This document shows, one piece after another, positions 19,266-29,049 of a stretch of DNA of 62,104 nucleotides. Made by a program: the position numbers and the translations under genes. The DNA lies in assembly GCA_020854145.1 (NCBI GenBank), contig JADZFZ010001081.1:1-62104 (forward strand), given 5' to 3'. The notes beneath the pieces are model-generated. The model searched no databases. It saw nothing but the letters and a program-made list of their open reading frames with translations, and was not told the DNA's origin. Each line of letters begins with the position of its first letter. Within the stretch, counting starts at the first letter, position 1. Origin of the DNA: Deltaproteobacteria bacterium (lineage in GTDB: Bacteria; Myxococcota_A; Polyangia; Polyangiales; JADZFZ01).

Positions 19266-20570
19266 TCATTCGCAGCGCTGCCAAGGGCCAAGAGCGGACG
19301 TCTCCGGCCGAGGCTCGCTGCATTGCCACCACGCTGCCACGACCCGCTCCAACGACGAACCGGGTGCATGCGACTCGGCGCCTACGAAGACCACCTCGTC
19401 ACCCGGCCGAGCGGGACTCAGCCCTTGAGCTGGGCACATGACGACCGCTTTCGGGATCGACCCAGCGAACGCGTGCGGTCGATCCGCGATGTACCCGCGC
19501 ATCTTGTGGTGCGCATCGGCGAGATAGCTCGGTCGCGTCGAACGTTTCGCATCGACGATCAGCTCGCGACGCGTGTCGCCACGAGCGAGCACGAGGCGGA
19601 GATCAGGGCGGAGTGGCTGGAAGCGGCCGAAGTAGTGGCTCATCACGTCGGCGTGAACGCCCCTGTCCGCGGCTTGGTCGTAGTGCAACGTCAACGAGAA
19701 GTCCGCGCCCTTCCACCGCACAACGGCGTCACGTTGCGGCTCGATGAGAGAGTCGCGTCGGTCTACGGGACCGATTACGCGCTCGATGCAGTCGACGAGG
19801 GCGAGCATGGAGAAGATCTGAAAGCGAATGTCCTCGTTGAGCGGCACGAGTGCGTGTCGCGCGAGCGCGTCAGCGAGCCGCTCGTCGACGGGTTCGGGCA
19901 AGAGCTCGTCGTGCACGTCGAGAATGCTCGCGGCGCGTCGAACGGCGTCGTCGTAGCTGGCGCGTGCCGCGGAGCGTTCGGCGTTGTCGGGACGGCGGAG
20001 GGGAACATCGCGGACCAACGTGTGCGCCGCGAGAGCAGCGGCAGCACCAGCCATGTCAGTGATCGTGGTGGTCCAGCCCTCTACCCGCGCAGCGGCTGGA
20101 CGGAGGACGGTGTTCGCCGCTGCTCGCACACGATCCACGGCGTAGCGAACCGTGAGCAGTTCCGGGGTCTCGAGCGTCCGGTGCAGCGAGCGCGACAGGA
20201 ACCAGCTGGAGTCCTGCGTCGCTCTTTGCATCGCCAACGTCCGCGGCCAGTCGACCGACCCGCGGACGGAGCCGCGTCGCTGCTCGACGTGCGTCTCGGA
20301 ACGCACGCGGATGCGCCGGAGGTAACTGGGGACCTCCTCGAGGAGCCAGGCTCGTATCCGCTCCTTCGGATCGAGCAAGAATGCGACGGCGGCGAGTCGG
20401 GAGAGCGCATCCGGCTCGCGCGAGAGGCGGGCCAGAGCCCGCTCGACATCGGCGACGGGCCGAGGTTTTCCATCGGCGCCCTTGAGCAGGTACGCGAGAA
20501 ATCGTTCCGCGAGCCAAGGCTCCCATGGGCCCGCTGTCAGCTCCTCATCGCTGTCGGTCGAGTCAAGCAC
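19266..20570 (-). CDS. McrC-like PD-(D/E)xK endonuclease subunit
   Basis: VRGSVDWPRT, LRPDLRL...IVDAKRS...Y...KMRGYIAD; GTG start overlaps the McrB-like stop (GTGCTTGA). Confidence 0.8.
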   Translation of the reverse strand: MLDSTDSDEELTAGPWEPWLAERFLAYLLKGADGKPRPVADVERALARLSREPDALSRLAAVAFLLDPKERIRAWLLEEVPSYLRRIRVRSETHVEQRRGSVRGSVDWPRTLAMQRATQDSSWFLSRSLHRTLETPELLTVRYAVDRVRAAANTVLRPAAARVEGWTTTITDMAGAAAALAAHTLVRDVPLRRPDNAERSAARASYDDAVRRAASILDVHDELLPEPVDERLADALARHALVPLNEDIRFQIFSMLALVDCIERVIGPVDRRDSLIEPQRDAVVRWKGADFSLTLHYDQAADRGVHADVMSHYFGRFQPLRPDLRLVLARGDTRRELIVDAKRSTRPSYLADAHHKMRGYIADRPHAFAGSIPKAVVMCPAQGLSPARPGDEVVFVGAESHAPGSSLERVVAAWWQCSEPRPETSALGPWQRCE

Positions 20571-22806
20571 CGAAGCGGACGTGCGGATAATACGCCGCAA
20601 ACCGGCGGAGCGCGTGGTCCAGCGCTGGCGCATCCCCGGCGAAGAGCGATGCAAGCGTGGAGTGCGCACGTTTCGCGTCGCCAGCCTCCAGCCCCTCGAG
20701 TTGGGGAAGAACGAACAGTTCGAGTCCCTCGGATACGGCCAGCCTCGAAGGGCCTCTCTGCTTCACGTACGAGAGCACGTCGCGGAGCATGGACGGTCCG
20801 AGCGGAACGATCTGCCCAAGGCCGCCATCTCGCACGAAGAGGGCTGCGGCCAACTCGGCGATGTGCAGGTCGATCCCAAGACGCTTCGCATCGGTATTCG
20901 CGATCGCCTTCAGTGTCGAGTCGTCCGGGACCGGGACCTCGATGACGGCGAATCGCCGAAGCAGAGCGTACGAGAGTCGGAACAGTGTGGTCTTGTCGCG
21001 GACGTTCATGGTCGCGATGAGTCGGAACCAGCCACCCGGGTCGTAAGGAGAGTCGGGCCCAATACGCACGACAGTATCGTCGTCATGCGTGAAAGCGGTC
21101 TCGGCCTCGCCGCCGGCAAGCACGGTGAACATCTCCCCGAGGCACTTATCGATGTCAGCGCGATTCAGCTCGTCGAGCACCAACCAGCGCTTGTCCCTCA
21201 GCGCTCGTGTGAGCACCCCGGGACGGAACGTGAGCCTTCCGCTATCGGAGCGCTGCGTCCAGCCACCGATCGTGTCGTAGGCGGTCCAATCCGCCGAGGC
21301 CGTGGCGAGCATCGGAGCACCAAGGCCGAACACGTCCGCGGCGTGCTGCGCGAGCGCCTTTCCGACCGCAGACTTCGCGGTTCCGGGCGGACCGATCAAC
21401 AGCAGATGTTTTCCCGCGTTGAGCGCAGCGCAGCACCTCGCGATGAGGGTCTCGGCGAGCTGCAGGTCGCCGAGTGGGACGTCGTCCGGGCTCAGCCGCG
21501 CAGGCTGAACGACGCTGTCGTCGTTCCCATGGTCCTCGATGGCATCGTCTCCTTGGGGGAGGTCGCGCTTGAACCCGTCGGGGAGTCGCTCGAATACGTG
21601 CCGGCCCGCTGCGCTCAGGCTCCACGCGCCGCGCTCTCCAACGAGCATGCCCATCGATCGCAGCCAGTGCGCGCGGCGGATCGGTTGCGCGGTCACCGCC
21701 CAGCTCATGCCGAGCCGACGGTTGAGGTCGGCGAGAAGATCCGCGGCGTTGCCTTCGGGGTGCCGCCCGTAGAATGCGAGCGTCTCTTCGAAACCGACGT
21801 AGTGCGCGACGAATGCCCGATACAGCACGTCCGCCGACTCACTCTCGAGCAACTCCGCGCCGGCCTCGGTGAGCGACCATCGGTCGGTGCTGTCGTCGCG
21901 GCGCGCGAGACCCAGCTGCAGCAGCGGGCGCGTGTAGATGTCGAGTCGCTTGTGAATGAGCTCCCCCTGCTGGCGGGCCCAAGCTTCGAGGTCTGCCGTG
22001 GTCGGGGTCTCATCGACGATGAACCGCAACGCCTCGCGCACGCCGTTCACCTGCTGGCTCCCCGGTCCGAACCATAGGTGCACTCCAGTGAGGCGCTCCC
22101 CGGCTGAGATCCCGTCGGGCCTCGGGTGGGTCCAGGTCTGTCCGCCTGTGCGGATCGGAAACGGAGCCTCTCCCTGGATCAACACGCCACGTTCCCGGTC
22201 GCGAAGCACGGTCTTGATGAGCCCGACGGTGAGCAGACGTCCGAGGACCACGGTTGGATCGGGCTTCCACGTCCGCGCCTCGAGGTCGTAGGTGCCGAGG
22301 TTCACCCGCGTGTCGCTCCCGAGCCCGCTCCGCTCGCACAATTCCCTTGCCCGACGACCCAGGTCGGCATTGCCGATGCCGGTTTTCTCCTCGGCGGCGC
22401 CGCGCTCGTAGAACGCGTTGCCGAGCGTGACCTCGACATTGGATCGGCCCTCGCGAATCGCGTCGCGGACGAGCCACTCGAGGCACGTCCACGCCATCTC
22501 CCGGCCGCCGTCCTCGCTCCAGACTTGGAGACTCTGGCCATGTCCGTGGTCCTCGGGCTTTGCCCGCTCGGTCGACGCAGCGACCATCCCGACGCGCAAT
22601 CGAGCCGATCCACGCGGCCACGACATGGTCACCTGGGCGCGCATTCCGCGCAGCTCGCCTTCGATGCCGATGGGTCGACCGTCGATCTGGAGAGCCGTCG
22701 GCATCGGCCCCGCAACGAGGCTCGCGATCGCCGTCCTCGTGATCTCCGCCGAGTCGTCGAGTCGCGGAAGGCCCGATTTCTCCGCGGTGGCATCGATGTC
22801 CGACAT
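20563..22806 (-). CDS. McrB-like AAA+ NTPase with N-terminal unknown and tandem winged-helix domains
   Basis: GPPGTAKS, DTIGG, LVLDELNRAD, ATMNVRD (McrB NxxD), ALLRRF; frame is open upstream to 23199/23274. Confidence 0.85.
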   Translation of the reverse strand: MSDIDATAEKSGLPRLDDSAEITRTAIASLVAGPMPTALQIDGRPIGIEGELRGMRAQVTMSWPRGSARLRVGMVAASTERAKPEDHGHGQSLQVWSEDGGREMAWTCLEWLVRDAIREGRSNVEVTLGNAFYERGAAEEKTGIGNADLGRRARELCERSGLGSDTRVNLGTYDLEARTWKPDPTVVLGRLLTVGLIKTVLRDRERGVLIQGEAPFPIRTGGQTWTHPRPDGISAGERLTGVHLWFGPGSQQVNGVREALRFIVDETPTTADLEAWARQQGELIHKRLDIYTRPLLQLGLARRDDSTDRWSLTEAGAELLESESADVLYRAFVAHYVGFEETLAFYGRHPEGNAADLLADLNRRLGMSWAVTAQPIRRAHWLRSMGMLVGERGAWSLSAAGRHVFERLPDGFKRDLPQGDDAIEDHGNDDSVVQPARLSPDDVPLGDLQLAETLIARCCAALNAGKHLLLIGPPGTAKSAVGKALAQHAADVFGLGAPMLATASADWTAYDTIGGWTQRSDSGRLTFRPGVLTRALRDKRWLVLDELNRADIDKCLGEMFTVLAGGEAETAFTHDDDTVVRIGPDSPYDPGGWFRLIATMNVRDKTTLFRLSYALLRRFAVIEVPVPDDSTLKAIANTDAKRLGIDLHIAELAAALFVRDGGLGQIVPLGPSMLRDVLSYVKQRGPSRLAVSEGLELFVLPQLEGLEAGDAKRAHSTLASLFAGDAPALDHALRRFAAYYPHVRFGA

Positions 22807-23199
22807 GTTGGAGAGCGTACACGTCAACGAAGGCGGCGACCGCATCGTGTCGGGCTGGTGCGACGGGGACCGGGTTGCTCCTGCGGGGGCGGTGGTAGCT
22901 TCGCGTTGATGCATCTGGTCAGCGGAGGGCGACGCGAGAGCGGCGGGAAGCTCCACTTGCTGTGGGTGCCGGGAGTCGGGCCGATTCCCGTCGTTCCGGT
23001 CGTAGCCGGTCACCACCTCGACCTCCGTCGGCCGTCCACGACATCGATCACAACGCGCCCCTGCCCGCTGCCAGAGGCGGTGGCGGCTGACGCAGCTGCG
23101 GCGCCACGGCCGCGCAGGCGGCGGAGGGTGGGAGACGCACGCCGAGAAGAGGAGCGCGGTCATCACGAGGGCGGGCAACGTGCGTCGAATCGATGGCAT
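22807..23199 (-). pseudogene. probable decayed lipoprotein gene, in frame with the McrB-like gene
   Basis: GGAGG RBS 8 nt before ATG 23199; MPSIRRTLPALVMTALLFSAC signal peptide with lipobox-like end; following sequence looks frameshifted (GQGRVVIDVVDG lies in another frame). Confidence 0.4.
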
Positions 23200-23421
23200 C
23201 CGGCGGTCCTCCGGCGTGGACGCCGCCTTCTCGGCCCAGCGTCGCGTCGGTTCACTCCGTCGGCGTCCGGCCATCGTTCGCGTCGTGCACGGCGCCGACG
23301 CTCACAGCCGACGACCACGCCGATTCTTGAGCAATCGTGTCCGTTCTTCGCCCGGGCCTGCTCCGGGTACCGCCTCGCCGCTGCCCGTCTTGCCCGTCGC
23401 CCGAGCACGTCCCGATGTGAT

Positions 23422-24768
23422 ATGGCGACGACCATGGAGAGGCCCTTCGTGTCGGCTGCCACGGCTGTCGCGCCGCACCTGTTCAAGGGCGGGTTGGCGA
23501 CGGACTACGTGGCACGGGTCAACGCCCAAACGGGAGTGTTGAACACCCTGCACATCCCTTCCGGGGCGTCCGTCCAGAGCGTGGTCCAGAAGGCTGCCGA
23601 TGCCGCGGGGAGTCTGGTCACCGGGTTGACCATCGCGAACACCGTGATCGGCGCGATCAACTTGGGCGTCAGCGTCTACACGGCCTACCAGGTCACCAAG
23701 ATTCGGCGCGCGGTCGATGACGTGGCGCAGGAGACACGGCAAGTCCGACTCGACGTCTCGCAGCTGCATCGGTTCGTCGAGCAGTCGTTCACGGACGTGC
23801 AGGATGCCCTTCGCGTCCAATCGATCGCCCTGGGAATCCTCCAGATTCAGCAGATGAGCACTCAGGAGCGCATCGGTCTCCTGCGCGAGGAACTGGTGGG
23901 CGGTCTCCGTGACGTGCATCAACATCTATTGGATGACGAAGCAGGTCGAGAGCGACTGCAGCTCGACCAACACCTGCGGACCACGCTGCGGCACTACCGG
24001 GCACTGGTGGACATCGTCGGGGACGGAAACACGCCCGACGCGGGTTCCGTGCGGTCGGTCATCGACAGCGCCACGGCGCTCACTTCGTGGACCGAAACGC
24101 TCCTGGCTCGTCTCACGCTTGGCGAACCAGCCCGCCTGCCGCTGCTGTCCGTCAAAAGGGGAGCCCTGCGTATGCTGCGCGACGCACGAAGTTTCGAGAC
24201 GGGGGGCGGGACCGTGGCATCGCGCGAGGAGATGGAATTGGCCGCGGAGATCGGCGCGCAGGCGCGCGCCTTCTGCGACGGTCGGAACCTCTACGAGCTC
24301 GGTGTGGAGCGCGAGCCTCTGCTGCGCGAGCACATACAGCTTCGTCGATCTCTGCGGTACCGACCAGACCTCGCGGTAGACGAGACCGGGACGGCGATCT
24401 CTCTGTGGCCCGTCGAAGCTGTGCACTGGGAGGACGGCCTGGAACCCCTGCGCAGGCTCCAGTCCGATCCTACCGGAGAAGCCACCGAGACAATCAGCGA
24501 ACTCCCCATCCGGACCCTAGCAGACCGCCAGTGGCTCTGCGATTGGCACGGTGTCTCGACACAGGAGTACTCCTATGTGGCACGGGACAAGGTCGCGGTC
24601 AGCGAGGTTCTGAGCTCCCTTGGCGTACCGCATGCCGAGAGGGTGCGCGTGACCAACGAGATCCTCGCCGAGCTCAAGCTGTTGGCAGTTGAATCGTCTC
24701 GGGAGACGGTCGCCGAGCATCTTGCCGAAGAGCTCGACGTCGCCGCCCCCAAGCTCGTCAAGGGGTGA
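23422..24768 (+). CDS. hypothetical protein with Gly/Ala hydrophobic helix and coiled coil (dynamin-operon gene 1)
   Basis: AAGSLVTGLTIANTVIGAINLGVSVYTAY followed by a heptad-like region; 4 nt upstream of the dynamin gene. Confidence 0.75.
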   Translation: MATTMERPFVSAATAVAPHLFKGGLATDYVARVNAQTGVLNTLHIPSGASVQSVVQKAADAAGSLVTGLTIANTVIGAINLGVSVYTAYQVTKIRRAVDDVAQETRQVRLDVSQLHRFVEQSFTDVQDALRVQSIALGILQIQQMSTQERIGLLREELVGGLRDVHQHLLDDEAGRERLQLDQHLRTTLRHYRALVDIVGDGNTPDAGSVRSVIDSATALTSWTETLLARLTLGEPARLPLLSVKRGALRMLRDARSFETGGGTVASREEMELAAEIGAQARAFCDGRNLYELGVEREPLLREHIQLRRSLRYRPDLAVDETGTAISLWPVEAVHWEDGLEPLRRLQSDPTGEATETISELPIRTLADRQWLCDWHGVSTQEYSYVARDKVAVSEVLSSLGVPHAERVRVTNEILAELKLLAVESSRETVAEHLAEELDVAAPKLVKG

Positions 24769-24772
24769 GCCG

Positions 24773-27172
24773 ATGGCCGCACGCGGAATTGGAGCAAAGC
24801 GCGATGCACCGCTCGCCGACCAGATGCGGGCGACATTGCGTTGCGCGGAGGATCGTGTGCATGCTTGGGATCTCCTCACCGCACGCGCCTGTGAGCTGCT
24901 GCGGAGCGAGGAAGCCACGGCCGTGCATGCCCAAACGCTCGACGGGGCGCAGCAGGCTGTCGACGCGCTTCGAGATGCCGTCGAGCGACCCACGGTGATC
25001 ATCGCCACGACCGGGACGACGAGCAGCGGTAAGAGCACGCTCGTCAACTTCCTGTGTGGAGCTCGCCTGCTGCCGGCTGCGGTGCAGGAGAAGAGCGCCG
25101 GCACCGTGATCATCGAGCATGACTCGATCGCTCGACAGCTGGTCGTCGAGCCGACTTCCGGCGCAACGTGGGAGTTAGGAGAGTTCGAAGTTGCGAGCGC
25201 GGATGAACTGCGCGCGCGACTCGAGAGGGTGATGAATCGCTCCCGAGAGATGCGTGAGGCCGGGGTGGCCGGCGAGCCGCCGCGCTTCACCGTCCGCTGG
25301 CCGACACGCATCGGAGCGGACGCGCTGCGATTTGGGCTTCCGCCCGGCGTGCGGGTGACCCTCCTCGACCTTCCCGGTTTGCGTTACGTGGGTGACGACG
25401 CGAACGCGCGCCTGATTCGCGAGAATGTCCGCAAGGCACTGTGCCTCGTCACGTACAGCGCCGAGGACACCGACCCACGCAGACAGGAGATGCTGCTCGG
25501 GCAGGTCGTGAATCAAGTCCGAGAGCTCCGAGGATCTCCCGCTCGCATGCTCTTCGTCCTGAACCGCATCGACTCCTTCCGCAAGGACGACGGCTGGCCC
25601 GAGAGTGAGCACAAATTCATCGACCGGTTGACCGGCGAGATTCGGCGTCGAGTTGCGGCTGAGCTCGAAGAGTATTCGACCGTTGCTGCCAATCTTCGCG
25701 TCCTGCCGCTGAGCAGCGAGCCTGCGATGGCGGCGCAGTTGCTCCGCTCGGAAAGCCTGGAGACCCGTAACTGGGCGCTGCAACGTATCCTCGACCACTA
25801 TGGCAGCCTGGTTCCTCGCGATCTCATGGACGAGCTTCCACGACGAACGGAGGCCATATCCGACCACCTCCGTGTTCTTGTTCGGGACGCCGTCCTGAAG
25901 CAGTCGCACGGAGCGGCCTTCGACGAGGCCCTGACCGCACATCTGCGCGAGAACCTGCCGGCTCTCCTCCTACCCCAACACGCGGCCGCAGTGGAGGATT
26001 CTCTCCGTGCGGGGGCGGGGGCGCTCGACGAGCACCTGCACGCTGCAACCAACGCCAGCGCGGAGCGCTGCGACCTCGAGCTGAAGCGCCTCGAGGAGAT
26101 CGCCTCCAAGCTCGATGCGGCCCGTGACGATCTCGCGGAACGACTGGCACCGTTGACGGAGCTGATCGGAGGCGACGATCTCCAGTTGGACTCGGCAAAG
26201 GCTCGAAGTGTCCTGCAGAATGCGGCTCGAACTCTGGGCTTGGAAGAGACCGCGCTCGTCTCTTTCGTTGACTGGAGCTCGGCGATAGGAAAAGCCATCG
26301 ATGGCTTCCTCGAGCCGCTACGCGCGCGCTTCGAAACGGCGACCCCGTTCGGGGGTACGATCGTCGGCTTGAGCTCCGAAAAATCAACACGCTTGACCGA
26401 GGCGGCCAACCGGCTTTGGGAGCTTGGATATGACGAGACCTTGTCCCGCACCGGTGCCACCCAGGAAGCCCGAACGGAGGCCGAGCGCGAGCGCCTTCGC
26501 AACCTGAACGACGGATTCAACGAGCTCGCCCGCGCCCTCGCGCCCGCGCTCGCCGACATCGTTCGTGCCGTGGCTCTCCGAGAAGGGGAACGACTCCACG
26601 ACGCTATGGAGAGCATTCTGGGCGCACAGCTGCGGGAGCTCGAGAGGCGCGCGACCGAGTTGAGCCCCGATCTGCTCTCTCTGCGCCTTCCATCGCACTC
26701 GCTTGCAAGGGTGAACACACAAGTCGAATGGAAGCCGGAGTTGACGGCGGGATTCCCGATTCGGCAGGAGCAGCGCCGCGAACACGTTGGCTCGCGCAGG
26801 GAGTCGTATTACGTCGAGCGGTCGTTCCGGAACCTGTGGGGCCTCTTGAACCGCGAGAAATTTCGCGAGGTGCCCGTCCACGAGCTCCGGTCGGTGACTC
26901 GGGCGGACATTCCGAAGATTCACGAGCTGCTCTCCAGCTTTGTCAATCAACTGACCGCGCAACGCCCCGAAGACGCCGTCCGGCGGTGGCTGTCGATCTC
27001 CCTCGAAGACTTCGGCGCGCGGATTCGCGAATTCCACAAGTCGCGGATTAATCACTACCAAACCAAGTTGTTGGCGGAGCGTGCACGCGCAAGGGACCGA
27101 GCACGCAGCGAGAAGGAGGGCCTCGCCAGGATGCGAGCCGAACTCGCGGCGTTTGCGTCACAACGAGCCTGA
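24773..27172 (+). CDS. dynamin-like GTPase (long form)
   Basis: G1 GTTSSGKSTLVNFL, G3 DLPG, G4 LNRID, long C-terminal helical stalk. Confidence 0.85.
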   Translation: MAARGIGAKRDAPLADQMRATLRCAEDRVHAWDLLTARACELLRSEEATAVHAQTLDGAQQAVDALRDAVERPTVIIATTGTTSSGKSTLVNFLCGARLLPAAVQEKSAGTVIIEHDSIARQLVVEPTSGATWELGEFEVASADELRARLERVMNRSREMREAGVAGEPPRFTVRWPTRIGADALRFGLPPGVRVTLLDLPGLRYVGDDANARLIRENVRKALCLVTYSAEDTDPRRQEMLLGQVVNQVRELRGSPARMLFVLNRIDSFRKDDGWPESEHKFIDRLTGEIRRRVAAELEEYSTVAANLRVLPLSSEPAMAAQLLRSESLETRNWALQRILDHYGSLVPRDLMDELPRRTEAISDHLRVLVRDAVLKQSHGAAFDEALTAHLRENLPALLLPQHAAAVEDSLRAGAGALDEHLHAATNASAERCDLELKRLEEIASKLDAARDDLAERLAPLTELIGGDDLQLDSAKARSVLQNAARTLGLEETALVSFVDWSSAIGKAIDGFLEPLRARFETATPFGGTIVGLSSEKSTRLTEAANRLWELGYDETLSRTGATQEARTEAERERLRNLNDGFNELARALAPALADIVRAVALREGERLHDAMESILGAQLRELERRATELSPDLLSLRLPSHSLARVNTQVEWKPELTAGFPIRQEQRREHVGSRRESYYVERSFRNLWGLLNREKFREVPVHELRSVTRADIPKIHELLSSFVNQLTAQRPEDAVRRWLSISLEDFGARIREFHKSRINHYQTKLLAERARARDRARSEKEGLARMRAELAAFASQRA

Positions 27173-27173
27173 C

Positions 27174-27905
27174 ATGGGAGACGACGTCAAGAAGTGGACT
27201 GAGAAGCTGCAGAAGCATTGGGGGAAGGAGGGCTATCTCGCCCAGGCGATCGACCTGGTGTGTGGGACCGACCGGGAGCGCGCGGAGCGCGTGAAGGGGA
27301 GGTTCGACATCGGCGACTCGGACGACGACCGCCACGATCGCCGAATCATCAAGGAGCTGCTCGACGCGGAACCAGACGCTCGTCGCGACTGGATTCCACC
27401 TGATTACAAGAAGACAATCTCGAACCAACGAGTTCGGGCAGCCCTCGCATTGGTCGGATTGGACCAAGTCAGCGGCCCGCGTGAGGTGGAAGTGATCCCG
27501 GCGGCTCGGCCACGTCCGCCGGCCGCTGCACGGGACGCCTTCCAAGAGTACTCACTGCTTCTCGCGGTAGCGGCGGCGAACTGGGCGCGAATCGCCGGGA
27601 TCGACGACGCTCGAGAGCAGGCATGTGCCGCGCTCTCTGAAAGCGACTACTGGGTCTGTCTGGCTGAGTACGGTGTGCACAACGTGCAGGAGAGGATCGA
27701 GTGTCGTCCCTACGATCCCGGGGATCGCTCTGCTCTGGTGCTCGTCAGGTTCGACGTGAAATCACCGGAGTCCGATCTGGCGGAGATCGGCTTCGTGGGG
27801 AGCCTCGCCGATCGGCTCCGCAAGGCCGACGTCACTCCGCTCGAGCCGCGCGGTAACGTGACCTCGAGCCGAAATTTCGTCGACCTCGGCTTTCGGAGAA
27901 GATAG
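27174..27905 (+). CDS. hypothetical two-domain protein (dynamin-operon gene 3)
   Basis: Starts 1 nt after the upstream stop; its stop overlaps the next GTG; helical N-domain, PAARPRPPAA linker, alpha/beta C-domain. Confidence 0.7.
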   Translation: MGDDVKKWTEKLQKHWGKEGYLAQAIDLVCGTDRERAERVKGRFDIGDSDDDRHDRRIIKELLDAEPDARRDWIPPDYKKTISNQRVRAALALVGLDQVSGPREVEVIPAARPRPPAAARDAFQEYSLLLAVAAANWARIAGIDDAREQACAALSESDYWVCLAEYGVHNVQERIECRPYDPGDRSALVLVRFDVKSPESDLAEIGFVGSLADRLRKADVTPLEPRGNVTSSRNFVDLGFRRR

Positions 27906-28957
27906 TGCGCCGAACCCCGAGCGCGGACGTGGCTGCGCCTGCTCGCCACGTCCGGATTGTCGTCATCGGAACGACTTCGGCGGGTAAGAGCACGCTCACG
28001 AATGCACTTCTGGGAAGATGGCTGTTGCCGTCGGGCGTGCAGGAGGTGACGCGTGCGGCGGTTCGGGTGCGCCACTCGCGGCGCGCGGACTTGCGCAAGA
28101 TGAGGACCGCTCGTGGCACCCCGCGATTCTTCTCGTCGGATGCCGCGGTGCGGCGGGCTCTGGGGGCGACGCTGCAGGCACCAGGGAGCGCGATCTCGCT
28201 GGATGTCTTCATCGTACGCGTCCCAGTGTGCGACGGGCGCACGGGCGACGATGCCGTTCGCCACGCGATCGTGACCCGCCCGGGCGCTTCAGTCGCATTG
28301 GTCGACTGTCCGGGACTGAGGAGCGCCTCGGACGCAGTGCGGCTGGCCGAGCTTCGGCGCGCGTGTCGGGCCGGACACGTCGTTGTGCTTCTGCTCAGCG
28401 CCGAGGAGACCGACCCGACCAAGGATCGGTTGCTAATCGAGGCGGTGCTGCGTCCCATCGCAGATGGCGCCTTGAGCGCACGGCGGGCGATCTTCGTGCT
28501 GAGCCGATTTGATGCATTCGAGCGAGATGACGATCCCATGCGCGCGGTGGAGACTGCGGAGATGGACCGCGTGCGTGAGATAAGGCGCATGGCGGCCTCG
28601 CTCCGGCCAGGATGGCGGTTGGGTCGTCTGGACGTTCTCGGAGTGGCACCGCGTGCGGCCCTGATTGCCGAGGCGCTCGGCGTGGGCGCGCCGTGGCTCG
28701 ACCACGCCGACCGTGCTGCCCTCGAGGAGGAGCTCGAGACGGTGGCAATGCGTTTCGTGCCTTGGGTCCGCGACCTTCCTCGAAGGTGCTCGCGCTGGAG
28801 CACCGAGAGTTACGCGCAGGTTATCCGCGACCTCCGCGTCGCGTCGGGAATGGCGGACCTCCTGAACGCCATCCGGCGAGCAGTGCGGGACGTCGAACGG
28901 CCGCCGGCCCGGCGATTGTACAGGCAGAAGCCGGTCTCTGGGGCTGGCTCAAGGTGA
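27905..28957 (+). CDS. dynamin-like GTPase (short form, G domain only)
   Basis: GTTSAGKSTLTNALLG..LLPSGVQEVT, DCPG, VLSRFD. Confidence 0.8.
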   Translation: MRRTPSADVAAPARHVRIVVIGTTSAGKSTLTNALLGRWLLPSGVQEVTRAAVRVRHSRRADLRKMRTARGTPRFFSSDAAVRRALGATLQAPGSAISLDVFIVRVPVCDGRTGDDAVRHAIVTRPGASVALVDCPGLRSASDAVRLAELRRACRAGHVVVLLLSAEETDPTKDRLLIEAVLRPIADGALSARRAIFVLSRFDAFERDDDPMRAVETAEMDRVREIRRMAASLRPGWRLGRLDVLGVAPRAALIAEALGVGAPWLDHADRAALEEELETVAMRFVPWVRDLPRRCSRWSTESYAQVIRDLRVASGMADLLNAIRRAVRDVERPPARRLYRQKPVSGAGSR

Positions 28958-29049
28958 TGCCGGCTCCTCCAGTCGTGTTGAATGGGCCGAGGGCTCTGGC
29001 TCCGCCCGCCATCGGCGTCAGCGGTACGCTCGACCTCTGGACCTGACCG

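Noticed and set aside
20571-20669. Longer McrC start at 20669
   Set aside because: Overlaps the McrB C-terminus; GTG 20570 gives a standard coupled overlap
22126-23421. N-terminal 432 codons of the 880-aa ORF 22126-24768
   Set aside because: Overlaps the McrB-like gene antisense and is low-complexity Arg/Pro-rich; the real gene most likely starts at ATG 23422
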